From: Octopus bimaculoides
Taxonomy: Eukaryota
NCBI RefSeq assembly: GCF_001194135.2
Contig: NC_068983.1
Location: forward strand, 81,395,938-81,441,831
Direction: 5' to 3'
Length of the DNA: 45,894 nt
In this document: in pieces, positions 1 to 13,091 of the stretch
Layout of the letters: the number at the start of each line of letters is the position of its first letter
Numbering within the stretch: the first letter of the stretch is position 1
Translations under genes and position numbers: made by a program
Notes under the pieces: model-generated
What the model was told of the DNA's origin: nothing
Database searches by the model: none
What the model saw: only the letters and a program-made list of their open reading frames with translations

Positions 1-869
1 AATGGTTAATAAAGTTATTTACATTCCAAAGCATGTTATGCCTGCAGAGAATATCGTCGGACAGCAAAAAAAGAAGAAAAAAAAGAACAAAATTCTTTTC
101 TCCTTTTTTTTTGTTTTTACTCACCTTCGACGTAAAAATACACTATGATGGCAACTTTTAAGAATGACATAAACTAAATGATTTGCTTGTTTGTTTTGTT
201 TTCTTAAAAAGAGATCAAGACAGAGTAGAGGAAAAAGCGACAAGCTGACAGGGATGACGGGGAAACTATGTGCGTGTATGTGTGTGTGCGTATACAAGCA
301 CGCGTGCGCGCGTATACCCAGACACATTGATGAGAAAACAGAAAGAAGAGGTTACGTTTGTTAGATTATTAGGGAACAAGAGCCCGGTTAGAAAACTAAT
401 GTTGACAATCCACCAACAATTAATGGTTATGGTATTCCAATTGTTGTTTTAGTGGTTTGTTACCTTCGTAGCTAGTTGATGTTGGATTTTAGATGTGTCT
501 TCCGTGTACCTGTCCCATAAAAAAACTGCACAAGCCCTATGTTGCCGAAATAAAAGTCACAACACTTGGGAGAGCTTCATTCAATGCGGAAAAAAAAAAA
601 GACACTCTACATACAAACTGCGTACACGCGCGCACGCACGCACACACAGAGGACGTGTGTTTTCGTTTTTAAACATATTTACACGGAAGATTTTTGGTGA
701 ATACACATACTATGACAACGATAGACAGATCGGTGAATAAATAGATGGACAGATACCTATATTGAAGGAAGTTAAAGAGAGGGAAAGGGATATTGACGAT
801 GACGGATAGATCGAGAGATGCATTTCTAAATGGATAAACATGTTGATAGACAGGCCGACTAACGATCGG

Positions 870-883
870 ATAGACAGACAGAC

Positions 884-915
<32 letters not shown>
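870..915. repeat. (AGAC)n/(AGAT)n microsatellite
   Basis: Direct tandem tetranucleotide array. Confidence 0.95.
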
Positions 916-1029
916 TGACAGAAGGGAAAATAAGAATGCAAAACCGGAAATCTGCCAATATACTCTTTAATTTTAATTCAGTTTTAGATTTAACAAACAC
1001 TAGCAAATATAAAAATGCATGAACAGAAA

Positions 1030-1069
<40 letters not shown>

Positions 1070-4027
1070 ATCGACATAAAATTACAAACATCTGCAGCAG
1101 GAACATGAAAAAAAAAACCTACCTTCAATGACCAGGGTTTTAAAAATTATTTATTATTATTACTATTATTTTCTTAATATTCTTTTTTTTTTTATGTCTG
1201 ACGGAATATGTCAACAACTTTCACCTGAAGTAGGGATCGTAAAAATTGGTGTTTTTAAAAGATAGCAGGGAGGCAGGTAAGAGTTAACCCCTAACCTCCC
1301 CAGAACCTGGCGATCCCTTTCTCCGTCGCATGAGGCTAGCTGCCGATTTATAAAGCGCTCCCGACACACCGAGAAAAGCAGCAGCAGGAGTAGCAGAAGA
1401 AGAAGAAGAATACATGTTCCAACCATTAATAGTGGTGGTAGTAGTAGCAGGGCAGTGTTTTGGAAAATTCATGATAAACCACCTAGCATCAATACTTCTG
1501 TATGAAGGAGGAGGGAGCCGCAACGCAGTTGCTCGAGCTAAGAAATCTTTTTAAAATTTATACGCTAGTCTTAAGTGAAGAAAGGGACACGAGATAAACT
1601 AGCTAAAAGACAGGATGATCATGGCTGGAATGTCTCCGATCATCGGCCAGTTCGATCATAGCTGACATAGGACAAACAACAACTTCCATGTGCATGTATG
1701 CATTAGATACACGTATACAGGGAGACACTTTACACAAACATAGAGCTGTACCAGTAAGCATATGATTTGGCTGTTTTCAGAGTATATGTATGTTTATATA
1801 GTGCACCTAATGCTCCTGCCACACAAACACATTTATAGACCTTCGTATACGGATGTATGTATGTATGTTATCAATCAGTTTCATTTCTGTATTTCTTGTC
1901 AATAGAGAAAGAGCCGGACTCTAACATAGATTCAAGGCTCCTTCATTGGAACTTTTATCAACATCATCTAGGTATTTGTGCATATGGTGTGTGTGTGTGT
2001 GCAGTATCTGGCGTTAGTGTATGCGCAGATTTGTATGTTTGTTTTATGGATGCGTTTTTATGTATATATTTTCATATGTATGCATGTATGTATGTGCTCG
2101 TGTGTGTGTGTGTAAAAGAGAGCATGTACCACAAACCGCTTTACTTATTAAGAGATGAGAGAAAAATTCCGAGTGCCAGTTAACTTTGAGGGAGTGACAA
2201 AAAATAAAAATAAAATAAACCAAAATAAAATTATATAATGAAGAAGAAAAAAATGCCGAAAGTATTTAGTTTTAAATTTGTCACGTTATTTAGCAGCTAT
2301 TTCTTTAAATGGTTTCTTTCTTTAAGCTGTAAATAATGTGTTTACATGCGCGTGAAATAATATTGTATATCACTCGCTACACGTGCAAATAACTGATGAC
2401 TAATTTAAACGCACTTCGTGATGTATCGTCAAATTTTCATTTCAATGTATATATATATATATATTTGTAATAGTTTAATATATATAATTTCAACCAATAA
2501 TATATATATATAAAAAAACACTCTCTGCGGTGTTCCCCACCTACACACACATACGCACGCGCACGCACACGCACATGCACACACACCTTAGATCGAGTTA
2601 ATGTAAAATGGAAAGATTGCTACACATGCATACACGCATATTGTGCGAGTCAACAATGGATATTCTTGAGAGTTTTGTCAGAAGTAGCAGCTAAATTTGC
2701 CTCGAACAAAAAAAAAAGATAAATAAAAGAAGGACACTTGAGATATTAAGTGGGGAGCGGGAAGAAAGCACGGGATGATAACAACTGGGAACGTTTTCAT
2801 AGTTCTGTCAGACTTGATTTGATTCTGAACAGCGCAGTGTTATTTACAGCGTGTGCGTGTGTTCGCGCCCGTAACATGTGTGCGTGTGTTCGCGGCGCTC
2901 GTAATAGTCTGTTAACAAATTAAAACTATGCAGTGCATCGGAATAACAACAATGTAAAGTTATTCTTAAGTAATTAAGGCCACCGATAGGAAGGAAAATT
3001 ACCTTAACGCCTCATAATGCTTAGTTAAGAAGAAGAAATTCTTTAAAATCTTGTACCGTTACCGGATCCTCTCATACCAATGAACACCGAGGCAAGAAAG
3101 CAAAAGTAGAAAAGAATGGCAAATGCACACGCGCGCGCACACACACATGCACACACACACACACACACGCGCGCGTTGTGGGAATGATAGTAAATAATAA
3201 AGGAATCGATCGCAGTAAGGTAACTAATTTGAAGGTCCGATTTGAAGGGAGGGTGCTGTCTCAATCACCATCTGGAACCGTTTTTCTGAAAGTCTATGGG
3301 GAAATGTAAAATCAGACTAAAAAGGTTCAGAAACGTTAGTGAGAGTGATCAGTGGTGTTAGACTACTTGCAGATTGGAGTTTCGATTCCTAGCTGGTCAC
3401 TGCACTCAACTCGGCCTTCCTACCCATGAAGAGACCCGTCTTCGATATGCTTTCATAGAGGAAATCAAACGTGTGAATTCACTTTATACCAAAATGATTA
3501 TAACTATTTTATTTTAGCTATCATCAAATCATCCTGTCATTTTATTTTTCAGCCTAGCCTTTATTTCTTTATTTTCTTTCAAAAATAGTGAAGGTGTCAT
3601 TTATAGAAGATTTCCTTACTATTTCTAGCACATCAATTGACAACATAGGGATTTGCTCGTACCACAGAAACTGTTGTTGATGTAGAGCTATGTTTGTTCC
3701 GTAGATTTTGTTACTGCAATTGACAATACAGAAATAAACGCCTAGAAGGTTTAGCTTCTTACACAGGTGTGAAAACTGAGTTATCAAGGTTTCAACACAC
3801 TATCTAAATCGAGCCAGTTGAATAATCAACTATGAAAAGTACGGGCGCCACGAAATCCTGTTTCTCTTCCTTGTTGATGACAAAAGTAGTGAAAGCGAGC
3901 GAAGTTGCTCCGAGAGTTATGAGCCACAACCGATACAGTTTCGATTCTTAGTAGTGCTACTGAGAAACATAGGAGACACATAATTGCATACAAACCTCCT
4001 TTCAAGGTATATATATGAGTGTGTGTT

Positions 4028-4081
<54 letters not shown>

Positions 4082-4771
4082 CAAAAGTAAATGAGTATAT
4101 GCATATATACGTACAGGTATGTGCATACCGACATCCACCTGTATGTATAGGTGCATATCTGGGTACAGGACATTGCAAACAAACGTAGACGAGAACACAC
4201 GAGCCACATAGAGAACATTCTACTTCATCAGCTACCCACGTTTTAACACCGGCGTTTCGACGAGATACATACATACATTCATACATACATTTACAAGCAC
4301 TGAGTCTATTTTTTGTTGTAATTAAGTACAAAACTGATTACATTTAAAAATCTACTTTTATAATGTTATTAGTCGACTTCGTAATGATTTCTTGTAGTCT
4401 GTGTAAACTGATTTAAGTGTATACAACTTTTGAAATTTAAAATCAATCTTTCTCGTGAAATGCGTGTATGCATGTGCGTGTGTGTACACATTTATAAAGT
4501 ATGCTTATGATACTGTAAATATTTATATATACTACAACGTATGTGTGTATCACAGTGTACGTACGTATATATTTATATTTACAAAGTACGCCCGCATAAT
4601 ATTTATATATATACACACACGCACACATTCTAATATATTCATGTATGTTGCTTTTATGTCGTGTTATAAAAACAATTTAATATTATTCAATACTTCATTA
4701 TACTTTTACTGTCTTGTAAAAGTATAAAACACATACATTATATATAACTTTCAAAATACGTATATATGTGA

Positions 4772-4815
<44 letters not shown>

Positions 4816-4863
4816 CTTTTATGATACGTATGTGTAGTGTGTTTGTGAATGTTATATATATAT

Positions 4864-5243
4864 CGTTGTGGAACTCCGTCGGTTACGACGACGAGGGTTA
4901 CAGTTGATCTGATCAACGGAACTGCCTGCTCGTGAAATTAACCTGTAATTGGCTGAACACTTCACAGACACGTGTACCCCTCAACGTAGTTCTGGAGGAG
5001 ATTCAGTGTGACACAGGGTGTGACAAGGCTGGCCCTTTGAAATAGAGGTACAACTCAAACAGGAAGAAAGAGTTAGAGAAAGTTGTGGTGAAAGAGTACA
5101 GCAGGGCTCGCCGCCACTCATTGCCGGAGCCTCGTGGAGCTTTTAGGTGTTTTCGCTAAAAAAACACTCACAACACCCGGTCTGGGAATCGAAATCGCGA
5201 TCCAGAGTCCGCTGCCCAAACCACTGGGCCATTGCGCCTCCAC
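4864..5243 (-). mobile_element. tRNA-derived SINE, family C (near full length)
   Basis: Minus strand reads gtggaggcgcaatggcccagtggtt (A box) ... gatttcgattcc (B box), then a conserved body ending ...gtcgtaaccgacggagttccac. Similar to copies at 6867, 17505 and 34776. Confidence 0.9.
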
Positions 5244-5260
5244 TATATATATATATATAT

Positions 5261-5296
<36 letters not shown>

Positions 5297-5846
5297 CATA
5301 CACATACACATATGTATGTATAATGCAAATTTATAAAAACTTATAGAATACATATATAATGTATATGTATTACACACACACACACACACATATAAAGTGT
5401 ATATGTATATATATATGTGTGTGTGTGTATTATATAATTGTGGTTGACGATCTGTTTATAGCTGATTTTGCAGTTTTTTATAATTTATTAATGTGCGATA
5501 AAAATCAAGACAAAACGAAATAAAAAAAAAGGAAAATATTTGATTAAAACAACAACAAAAATGTGTATTTTTGATAAGCGTCCTTCTACCTCTTCAAGAA
5601 CACTAAAATAAACTATGTATTATAGCCAAAATTTTCCTCAGAAACATATTGGGGAAAAAAAGTTCAGTTTGAAGAAACTATTAGCAAAGTTTTATTATCT
5701 TTTTAACATGTTACAATAATCAGACTGCGTTCGGAGAGATAATAGGTGGCAATCAAAAGGGAAGGTGTGAGAGAAGTTGATAAATATTCTACTGGTGATA
5801 ACGTGATCAATTAGAAAGAACAGTTTTGCAGAGACAACAATAATAA

Positions 5847-6061
5847 TCCTTTCTACTATAGGCACAAGGCCTGATATTTTGGGGGAGGGGGTCAGTCGAT
5901 TAGATCAACCCCAGTACGCAACTGGTACTTAATTTATCGACCCAGAAAGGATGAAAGGCAAAGTCGACTTCGGCGGAATTTGAACTCAGAACGTAGAGAC
6001 GGGCAAAATACCGCTAAGCATTTCGTCCAGCGTGCTACCGATTCTGCCGTCTCGCCGCTTT
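5847..6061 (-). mobile_element. tRNA-derived SINE, family A
   Basis: Minus strand has a tRNA-like head (gcggcgag..ggcagaatcg..agc; gttctgagttcaaattcc) and central gcctttcatcctttc-gggtcgataaattaagtacc motif, repeated in many copies in the window. Confidence 0.9.
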
Positions 6062-6075
6062 AAGAATTATAATGA

Positions 6076-6289
6076 TCTTTTCTATTATAGGCACAAGGGC
6101 TGAAGTTTAGAGGAGGGGATAGTCGATTACATCGATCCCAGTGCTCAACTGGTACTTATTTTATCGGCCCCAAAAGGATGAAAGGCAAGGTCGACTCCAG
6201 CGGAATTTGAACTCAGAACGTAAGGACTGACGAAATGCCGCTAAGCATTTTGCCCGGCGCGCTAACGATTCTGCCAGCTTGCCGCCTTA
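6076..6289 (-). mobile_element. tRNA-derived SINE, family A
   Basis: Second tandem copy with the same head, central motif and tail as 5847-6061. Confidence 0.9.
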
Positions 6290-6306
6290 ATAATAAATCA
6301 TGATAG

Positions 6307-6496
6307 TAGTTTCGAATTTAGGCACAAGGCCAGCAATTTCGGGTCCGGGGATAAGTCGATAATATCCACCTCTAGCATTCAGCTGGTACTTAATTTATCG
6401 ACCCCAAAAGGATGAAAGACAGAACGTAAAAACATACGAAAGACAGCTAACCATTTTGCCCCGGCGTGCCATAGAGTCTGCTAGTTCGCCGCCTTA
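6307..6496 (-). mobile_element. tRNA-derived SINE, family A (internal deletion)
   Basis: Third tandem copy; lacks the B-box segment between gatgaaagac and agaacgt. Confidence 0.85.
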
Positions 6497-6866
6497 ACAA
6501 CACCATAAATAATCTAACTTCCCGATATTAATTCAATCTCCCATGTGTATGAGTGTGTGTGTGTGTGTGTGAAAATTTCATAACCTTTATTATGTAACTC
6601 GCCAATTTCATTCAGTCTTGTAAACATTCCAGCATTATTCTATATATCTTTATTCACCTAGACAGACTGACTAGCCTTAGACCTCAGGTCTAATTAAAAA
6701 TAAATATGTAAAACTAAAAAAAATTTCGCCAACATGAGTAATGCTTTAGTTATTAAATATTACTTAACCTTTCTATATCGTATAACAAGGCGGTAGTCCA
6801 TGGAAGGAGATAAAGGACTACCGCTCGAATAAATTATTTCAACCATTCAAAATTGTTATTATTAAT

Positions 6867-7280
6867 GTTGTTGTTGTTGGCACTCCGTCGCTTACGACAT
6901 CGAGGGTTCCAGTTGATCCGATCAACGGAACATCCTGCTCGTGAAATTAACGTGCAAGTGGCTGAGCACTCCACAGACATGTGTACCCTTAACGTTGTTC
7001 TCGGGGATATTCAGCGTGACACAGTGTGACAAGGCCGACCCTTTGAATTACAGGCACAACAGAAACAGGAAGTAAGAGTGAGAGAAAGTTGTGGTAAAAG
7101 AGTTCGCCACCATTCCCTGCCAGATGGGCGCGTGGAAGAGTACAGCAGCGTTCGCCACCATCCCCTGCCGGAGCCTTGTGGAACTTTAGGTGTTTTTGCT
7201 CAATAAACACTCACAACGCCCGGTCTGAGAATCGAAACCGCGAGTCCGCTGCCCTAACCACTGGGCCATTGCGCCTCCAC
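6867..7280 (-). mobile_element. tRNA-derived SINE, family C (full length, (AAC)n tail)
   Basis: Similar to 4864-5243, with a small internal duplication (cgccaccat-ccctgcc) and a gttgttgttg tail. Confidence 0.9.
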
Positions 7281-7321
7281 TTTATTATTAATAATGAATA
7301 AATAAATAAATTGTTGTTTCT

Positions 7322-7510
7322 TGGCCGAAATCATACTGCGTCTTGCGATACCTAGTTTTTTTTACAATCTGAGTTCAAATGTCGCCGAAATTAACTTTAA
7401 TTTTAATCCTTCGGGGTCGATTAAGTAAACCATCAGTCAAATTACCGGAATCGAAATAATCAATATAATCTTCCCCAAGTGGCTGACCTTATGGTTTATA
7501 CTAGAAAGTA
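7322..7510 (+). mobile_element. degenerate family A SINE
   Basis: tctgagttcaaatgtcgccga and ccttcggggtcgat motifs. Confidence 0.6.
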
Positions 7511-7535
7511 TTATTATCATTATCATCATTATCAT

Positions 7536-7750
7536 GCGCAAGCTGGTAGAATTGTTAGCGCACCAGATAAAATGGTAAGCAGCATTTCGTCCGGCTTTAT
7601 GTTCTGACTTCAAATTCCGCCGTAGTTGACATAACCTATCATCTTTTAGAGGTCGATGAAATAAGTACAAGTCAAGTAAGTACTGAACTCGATGTAATCG
7701 ACTAAGCTAGCCCCTTAAAATCTATTGGCTTTGTGCCAAAATACGAAACC
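7536..7750 (+). mobile_element. tRNA-derived SINE, family A
   Basis: agctggtagaattgttagc head, ttctgacttcaaattcc B box, central motif. Confidence 0.85.
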
Positions 7751-7760
7751 ATTCTTTTTT

Positions 7761-7980
7761 AAGGGGATGAGCTGGCAGAATCGTTAGCATGCCAGACAAA
7801 ATGCTTAGCGGCATTTCGTCCGTATTTACGTCTTGAGTTCAAATTCCACCGAGGACGACTTTGTCTTTCATTCTTTCGGGATCGATAAATTAAGTACCAA
7901 TGAAACACTGGGGGTCGATGTAATCATCTGGTCCCCTGCCCCCACCCCAAATTTCAGGTTTTGTGCCTTTAGTAGAAAAG
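7761..7980 (+). mobile_element. tRNA-derived SINE, family A
   Basis: gagctggcagaatcgttagc ... gagttcaaattcc ... ctttcattctttcgggatcgataaattaagtacc. Confidence 0.9.
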
Positions 7981-8086
7981 TTTATTGCTATTATTTTGGT
8001 CGATAAATTAGGTGAAACACTGGGATCGATGTACTCGACTAGGCCCCTTCTCCTAAATTCCAGGTCTTGTGCCTATAGTAGAAAGG

Positions 8087-8087
<1 letters not shown>

Positions 8088-8130
<43 letters not shown>
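8088..8130. repeat. (TAT)n microsatellite (tail of a truncated SINE at about 7998-8087)
   Basis: Direct trinucleotide array. Confidence 0.95.
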
Positions 8131-8135
8131 CAAAT

Positions 8136-8350
8136 AAGGCGGTGAGCTGACAGAATCGTTTGCATGCCGGACAAAAAGCTTAGCGGCATTTCATCTGTCT
8201 TTATGTTCTGAGTTCAAATTCCGCTGAGTTTAACTTTGCCTTTAATCCTTTCAGGGTCGATAAATTAAGTACCGGTCGCGTACTGGGGTCGATGTGATCG
8301 ACTTAACCCTTTCCCCCAAATTTGAGGTCTTGTGCTTCCAGTAGAAAGGA
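8136..8350 (+). mobile_element. tRNA-derived SINE, family A (full length)
   Basis: aaggcggtgagctgacagaatcgtt ... gagttcaaattcc ... gtagaaagga followed by a (tta) tail. Confidence 0.9.
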
Positions 8351-9249
8351 TTATTATTATTAGTAGTAGTAGTTAATCGTACAACAAATATGGAGAGTAA
8401 TGATTTGAAATACAAGTTGAAAAGTATCGTACTATGTACAGCTTATTAACCAGTCCGTTTTCCTTATTACTACACACACACACCACATCGATACATGTCT
8501 ATGTGCAAGAATTGTTTTGCATTTAAGAAAGTGCTAAATAATATATCTTAGATTTTATTTATAAACTTCAAATATCGAGGTTGATAAATTAGGTACGACT
8601 TTATAACTCGCTTGTAAATTTGTAAACTTTCATCAAGGAGATAAATAATTAATTATACATTAGTGTATTCTGAATTTAAATATCGCTGAGGTCGAGTTCA
8701 ACATTCATCTTTAGAATAAATATACGCCAAGTACTGAAGTCGATTTGATCGACTGCACATTTCCCCTCTAATTTTGTGACTTTGTACCACTGTTAATGAG
8801 TTGGTGTCAAAACTACACGCACGCGTGCACGGTTTTGCGAAATAATGTTCATTTGATGTAGTATTTCCCGACCATTTTTTTTTTAGTCTATAGATCCCTT
8901 TGAGTCCTATTTTATTCAGGTGCACCCTCATAGCCATTTGCATTTTTAAAAAATCCTATAATATTTTTATAATTAAATATCATTAGGAATTGTATGAAAA
9001 AAAAAACATTAAAATATTTTGTGAATTGTAGAAGTATAACCAATTGATTGCACATGAACATTAACGACAAAGTCTTATATGGATGCCCTCGCCCCGGGGC
9101 CATAAGGGTCCCCGGTTTCAGAACAACCGACCAATTAGATAGACGAAGTTCCTGTTACCAAAATTGAAGATCGCTGCAAACGGTAAAGCCTCAGACATAA
9201 GCCGACTTACAACACAACCAGGTAAAATGATGATGATGATGAAGATGAA

Positions 9250-9281
<32 letters not shown>

Positions 9282-9402
9282 CCTTATTTGCCACCAGGGC
9301 GATGGGTGAAGGGTATAATAGGAAGACAAAGCGTGGTGATTTACACAGAATGATGAAGAAAAGAAAACTAGAAATAAATGTAAGTATGCATGGTACATGA
9401 TA

Positions 9403-9600
9403 TTAGTTTCAAGTGTTGCTACAAGGCAAGCAATTTTGTGGGAGGGGCTAAGTCGATTACATCGATCCCAGTGTTCAACTGGTATTTATTTTATCGATTC
9501 CGAAAAGATAAAAAGCGAGTTGACCTCGGCAGAATTTGAACTCAGGATATAAAGTCGGACGAAATGCTGCTAAGCATTTTGCCCTACATGCCAACGATTT
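9403..9600 (-). mobile_element. family A SINE (5' truncated)
   Basis: Reverse complement of the family A body (gaatttgaactcag, ttttatcgattcc). Confidence 0.85.
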
Positions 9601-9714
9601 AACAAGCTATTATGTACCTTAACATGGTACATAATATTAATAAAAAGAAATGAAATGATGTACATATGGTATATGTCATTAAAAGAAAAGAAAAAGAATA
9701 GTTGATAATGAGGA

Positions 9715-10870
9715 ACCCACTCTCCAAGATCTTCCTGAAACTAAGGGCAAAAGCTCTCTCCAATCTTTGTTCGACTTAGAGGTTTATACTTGAAGTCGTG
9801 CCATTCTCTCTAGTCAATTTTACCACATTCACCCACCTTTCAATAAATTCACTCGCAGACACCATCTCACTTTCTACCCTCACCGTCCTTTTCAAGAATA
9901 ACTTGAACAAAGTAGATGAGGGGCTTTACCAAAGTGGAAAGTTTCTGTCGTCATCCCTTTCTTCCCTACTTGGAGGGCGATGGGGCAATCATCACTATAG
10001 ACCAAAAGAAATCAGAAATCTTGGGAACATTTTCTGCAATACATTCTTTTGGCTCGTAGCTTCCTATCTAGTGTACCATTGCAGCGTATGTTGATGAAGC
10101 TCTTTCTGTTTCACGCTCAATTATCTCTGGTGTTCATCAGTTTTGTTTTATCCACCACTTTCTTCCTTTCATACGTCAATGACTTATTTGTTGTCACATC
10201 CAACAACGCCCACTCTTATGCACGTGACTCCCTAACTTCCGCCAACCATGAATCATTCAAATGCAGCCTAGATACCTCATACTAAACTTGCATTGAATCC
10301 ATAAACAGAAACCTTGAGAACATCCTTCAGTGGAGCGATGCCAACTCTATTTCTTTTAGCATCAAACACAACACATAGCAAGAAAACATCACCACATCCC
10401 GACTAATCATGAGCCAACTCACACAGACTCCAAATGCAGTCACCGAGGATCTTTGTTGGCGGACGTACATCTTTAGCAAAGATAGGTTTTCCTTTCAGAA
10501 CCAGAAAATACTTCGGCCCCACAATTGCTCACACTCTACAAGATTCGAGTGAGACCCACGATGGTGTAACTGCATCCACATCTGGTACAATACTTCTGCT
10601 CACACGGATATCCTGGGCAACCGTAACTTGAGAAGGACCACTCAACTAACTGATACCCAAACACTAACGAACACGTTCCAGTCTCTGATCTACAGGCGTG
10701 CTGTCTTGGAACTGGCTGGTCTCGTACCTCCACCCTCAGACACCCCGATCCACTCGTTTTCCACCTCGTCACTCTTGGTGAGTCATACCCCACCTCACTC
10801 GCCTCGAAGAATTTAACTGCAATTAGAAATTCCAAAGTATTACAGAAGAAAAGAAATAATAAACCATACA
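9715..10870 (+). pseudogene. decayed non-LTR retrotransposon (CR1/L2-group) RT and C-terminal region
   Basis: Frameshifted translations give SGVHQ / FVLSTTFFLSYVNDL ... HSYARD (degenerate SGVPQGSVL..LFL.Y.NDL and YADD), then INRNLENILQWSDAN, FRTRKYF, and TLTNTFQSLIYRR. Confidence 0.8.
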
Positions 10871-11714
10871 CGTTGTTTTATTTGTAATTTTTCAAATAAA
10901 ACGAAACTGATAGACCAACCGTTTTTTGTTTTTGTTCGTGTCAAATCTCTTGATTTACATACGTGTGTGTGTGTGTGATGTGTACGCATGTATAGATTTT
11001 ATAAGTTTGTATGTGGGCGCGTACGTTTGCACACACCTGAAAAAGTGTAACATGCAACACCAGGTGACTGAAACTTAGGATTTCGGGAATGTCTTACTGA
11101 CATGTAAAATAGTGGACTATATTGTCGGTTGTGTTGTTCTTTCCATTTTTTATGACAGTTGGAATGGTTTGATGGAAATTTGGCGGCTATTTCTAGTATG
11201 TCGAGCAAGAAAATTGAGGTTCCCTTGTTGACGGAAAAGAAACATTTTCTGCTTTTAATACCTAAAAAAATACTGAATGTCGTTTTTGTAGAGATATTGT
11301 GTTACAGTTGTCGTTTTGTCCCAAGTGAGCTCTGATCAGACAGACTTCATCAGTTAACCTTTTCGGTTACAGTGTATCTACAACTACATTATCATATGCG
11401 TTCTTTTTAATAAAACCGGGGGTAATTTAAGAAAGATTTGGCTGCCATATCTAGCAGGTCGAGCTATTAGAAAAAAGTTTCTGGCTCGTTACGGTAGCAA
11501 ATTTGCAGACATTCTTGAACAGCTGATTTTATTCGGAGTAGTCTTTGTCTACCTCCAGCCAGCGCCACTTACCACCACCACTATACAACTGTGGCTAGCC
11601 CGCTTCTGTTTTGAACTTATTTATTTCTCTAACAATTTACTCAAAAATTTTGATAATATATATCCGGAATTTTATTGTAATAAACGTGATTTTCATTAAC
11701 TTTAAATAAAGAGA

Positions 11715-11838
11715 AAGCGGCGAGCTGGCAGAACCGTTAAGTTCGCTGGACAAATCGCTAGAGCGGCATTTCGTCCGTCTTTATGTCCTGAGCTCAAATT
11801 CCGCCGAGGTTGACTTTACCTTTCATCCTTTCGGGGTC
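11715..11838 (+). mobile_element. family A SINE (3' truncated)
   Basis: gcggcgagctggcagaaccgtta ... ctttacctttcatcctttcggggtc. Confidence 0.85.
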
Positions 11839-11944
11839 CCCACAAAAAAACAAAACAAAAAAAAACAATGAATAAATAAATGCTAGCCCTGTGCCAAAAT
11901 TTGAAACTTAATTTTAAAATAAAGATTATAGGACTCATTAATTT

Positions 11945-12153
11945 TGATTTCAAATTTTGGAACATGAACAGAAATTTCGGGGGAGAGGGTATGTCGATTA
12001 CATCAACCCCAGTGTTCAATTGGTACTTATTTGATCGACCCCGAAAGAATGAAAGGTAAAGTCGATCTCGGTGGAATCTGAACTCAGAACAGAGAGACGA
12101 AATGCTGCGAAGCATTTTGCTCGCCGTGCTAACGATTCTGCCGGCTCGTCGGC
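11945..12153 (-). mobile_element. family A SINE
   Basis: Reverse complement of the family A head and body. Confidence 0.85.
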
Positions 12154-12877
12154 ATTCATTTTGATAATAATAATTGTTTCAGGACGTTATCTGTAGTTAT
12201 AATCAGATTTCCTCTGTTTAATATGGACGCATAGAACAGACGGGTGAAATGTACAAACATGATTAAATATGTAGATTGCTGAATTATAAATTAATTACGA
12301 GACAATTGGATGCCTTTCTCTCTCATAAAACAAGTGCGTGTTTATACAGAAAGAGAGAAAGAGAGATTAAGGAAAGCTTAAAAGAATTCAAAAATCAAAA
12401 TAAGAGGGAGAAAAAACCACTGATAAAGAGATCCCAAAGGTTTGGCCTGCAGTATTAAATAAAAGAATATTTAGGAAGGCTATCATTATCGATCAGTTAC
12501 ATGAAAATCAAAATAAACGACTTCTGAAGTCAACTGGTCAGTTGCTGATACATTGCAGGAGGGAAAATAGTATTCTAATACGATAAACATGAAAAGGTTT
12601 CCTCTGTGAACAGCCTCACGAGTTTTAATGAGTAATAATAGCATGTATTCGGGACAATTCTATTTATTTATTTATCTATTTTGTAAGAGATAACGAGAGG
12701 AAGAGAGGCAGTCAAATAAACAAGTACAGCTACATATTTTATCAACGTCAAGATGAAAGGCAAAGTCGACTCCAGCGTAACTTAACATCACTATGCTTCG
12801 CCTTATTAACAAGAAGCTTATTGTTATTAATTTCATTGTTAATAAGGTGATGCATAATGATGTTAACAATAATAATA

Positions 12878-13091
12878 CTTTCGATTAAAAGTACAAGACG
12901 TGAAATTTTTGCGAGAAGGAAGTTGTTGGTTAGATCGACCCCAATGCTCAACAGGTACATTATTCCATCGCCCCCGAAAGGACAAAGGGCAAATACGACA
13001 TCGGCGGTATTTGAACTCAGAACATAAAGATGGACGAAATGCCGATAAGCATTCTGTCCGGCGTGCTGACGATTCTGCCAAGCACGCCGTT
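12878..13091 (-). mobile_element. family A SINE (diverged)
   Basis: tttgaactcagaac ... gattctgcc motifs in reverse orientation. Confidence 0.8.

Noticed and set aside
1270-1560. Putative promoter or first exon (tttataaa at about 1347; CAG|GTAAGA donor at about 1277; AG|GTAGGT donor on the minus strand at about 1121)
   Set aside because: Signals conflict in strand, are short, and link to no downstream coding exon.
2393-2445. CTGATGA motif as a second hammerhead
   Set aside because: No stem II closed next to GAAA (gtcaaa instead) and no stem I or III.
3826-4010. Minus-strand ORF with a hydrophobic stretch and SNFARF, superficially like an RFamide precursor
   Set aside because: No amidating Gly or dibasic cleavage sites after RF, and the ORF begins in a microsatellite.
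5847-8350. Regularly repeated about 215-bp units as a CRISPR-like array
   Set aside because: The units are eukaryotic SINE copies with irregular spacing, not short repeats with unique spacers.
11310-11356. Minus-strand CTGATGAAG motif
   Set aside because: Part of a dispersed repeat, with no GAAA core at the required position.
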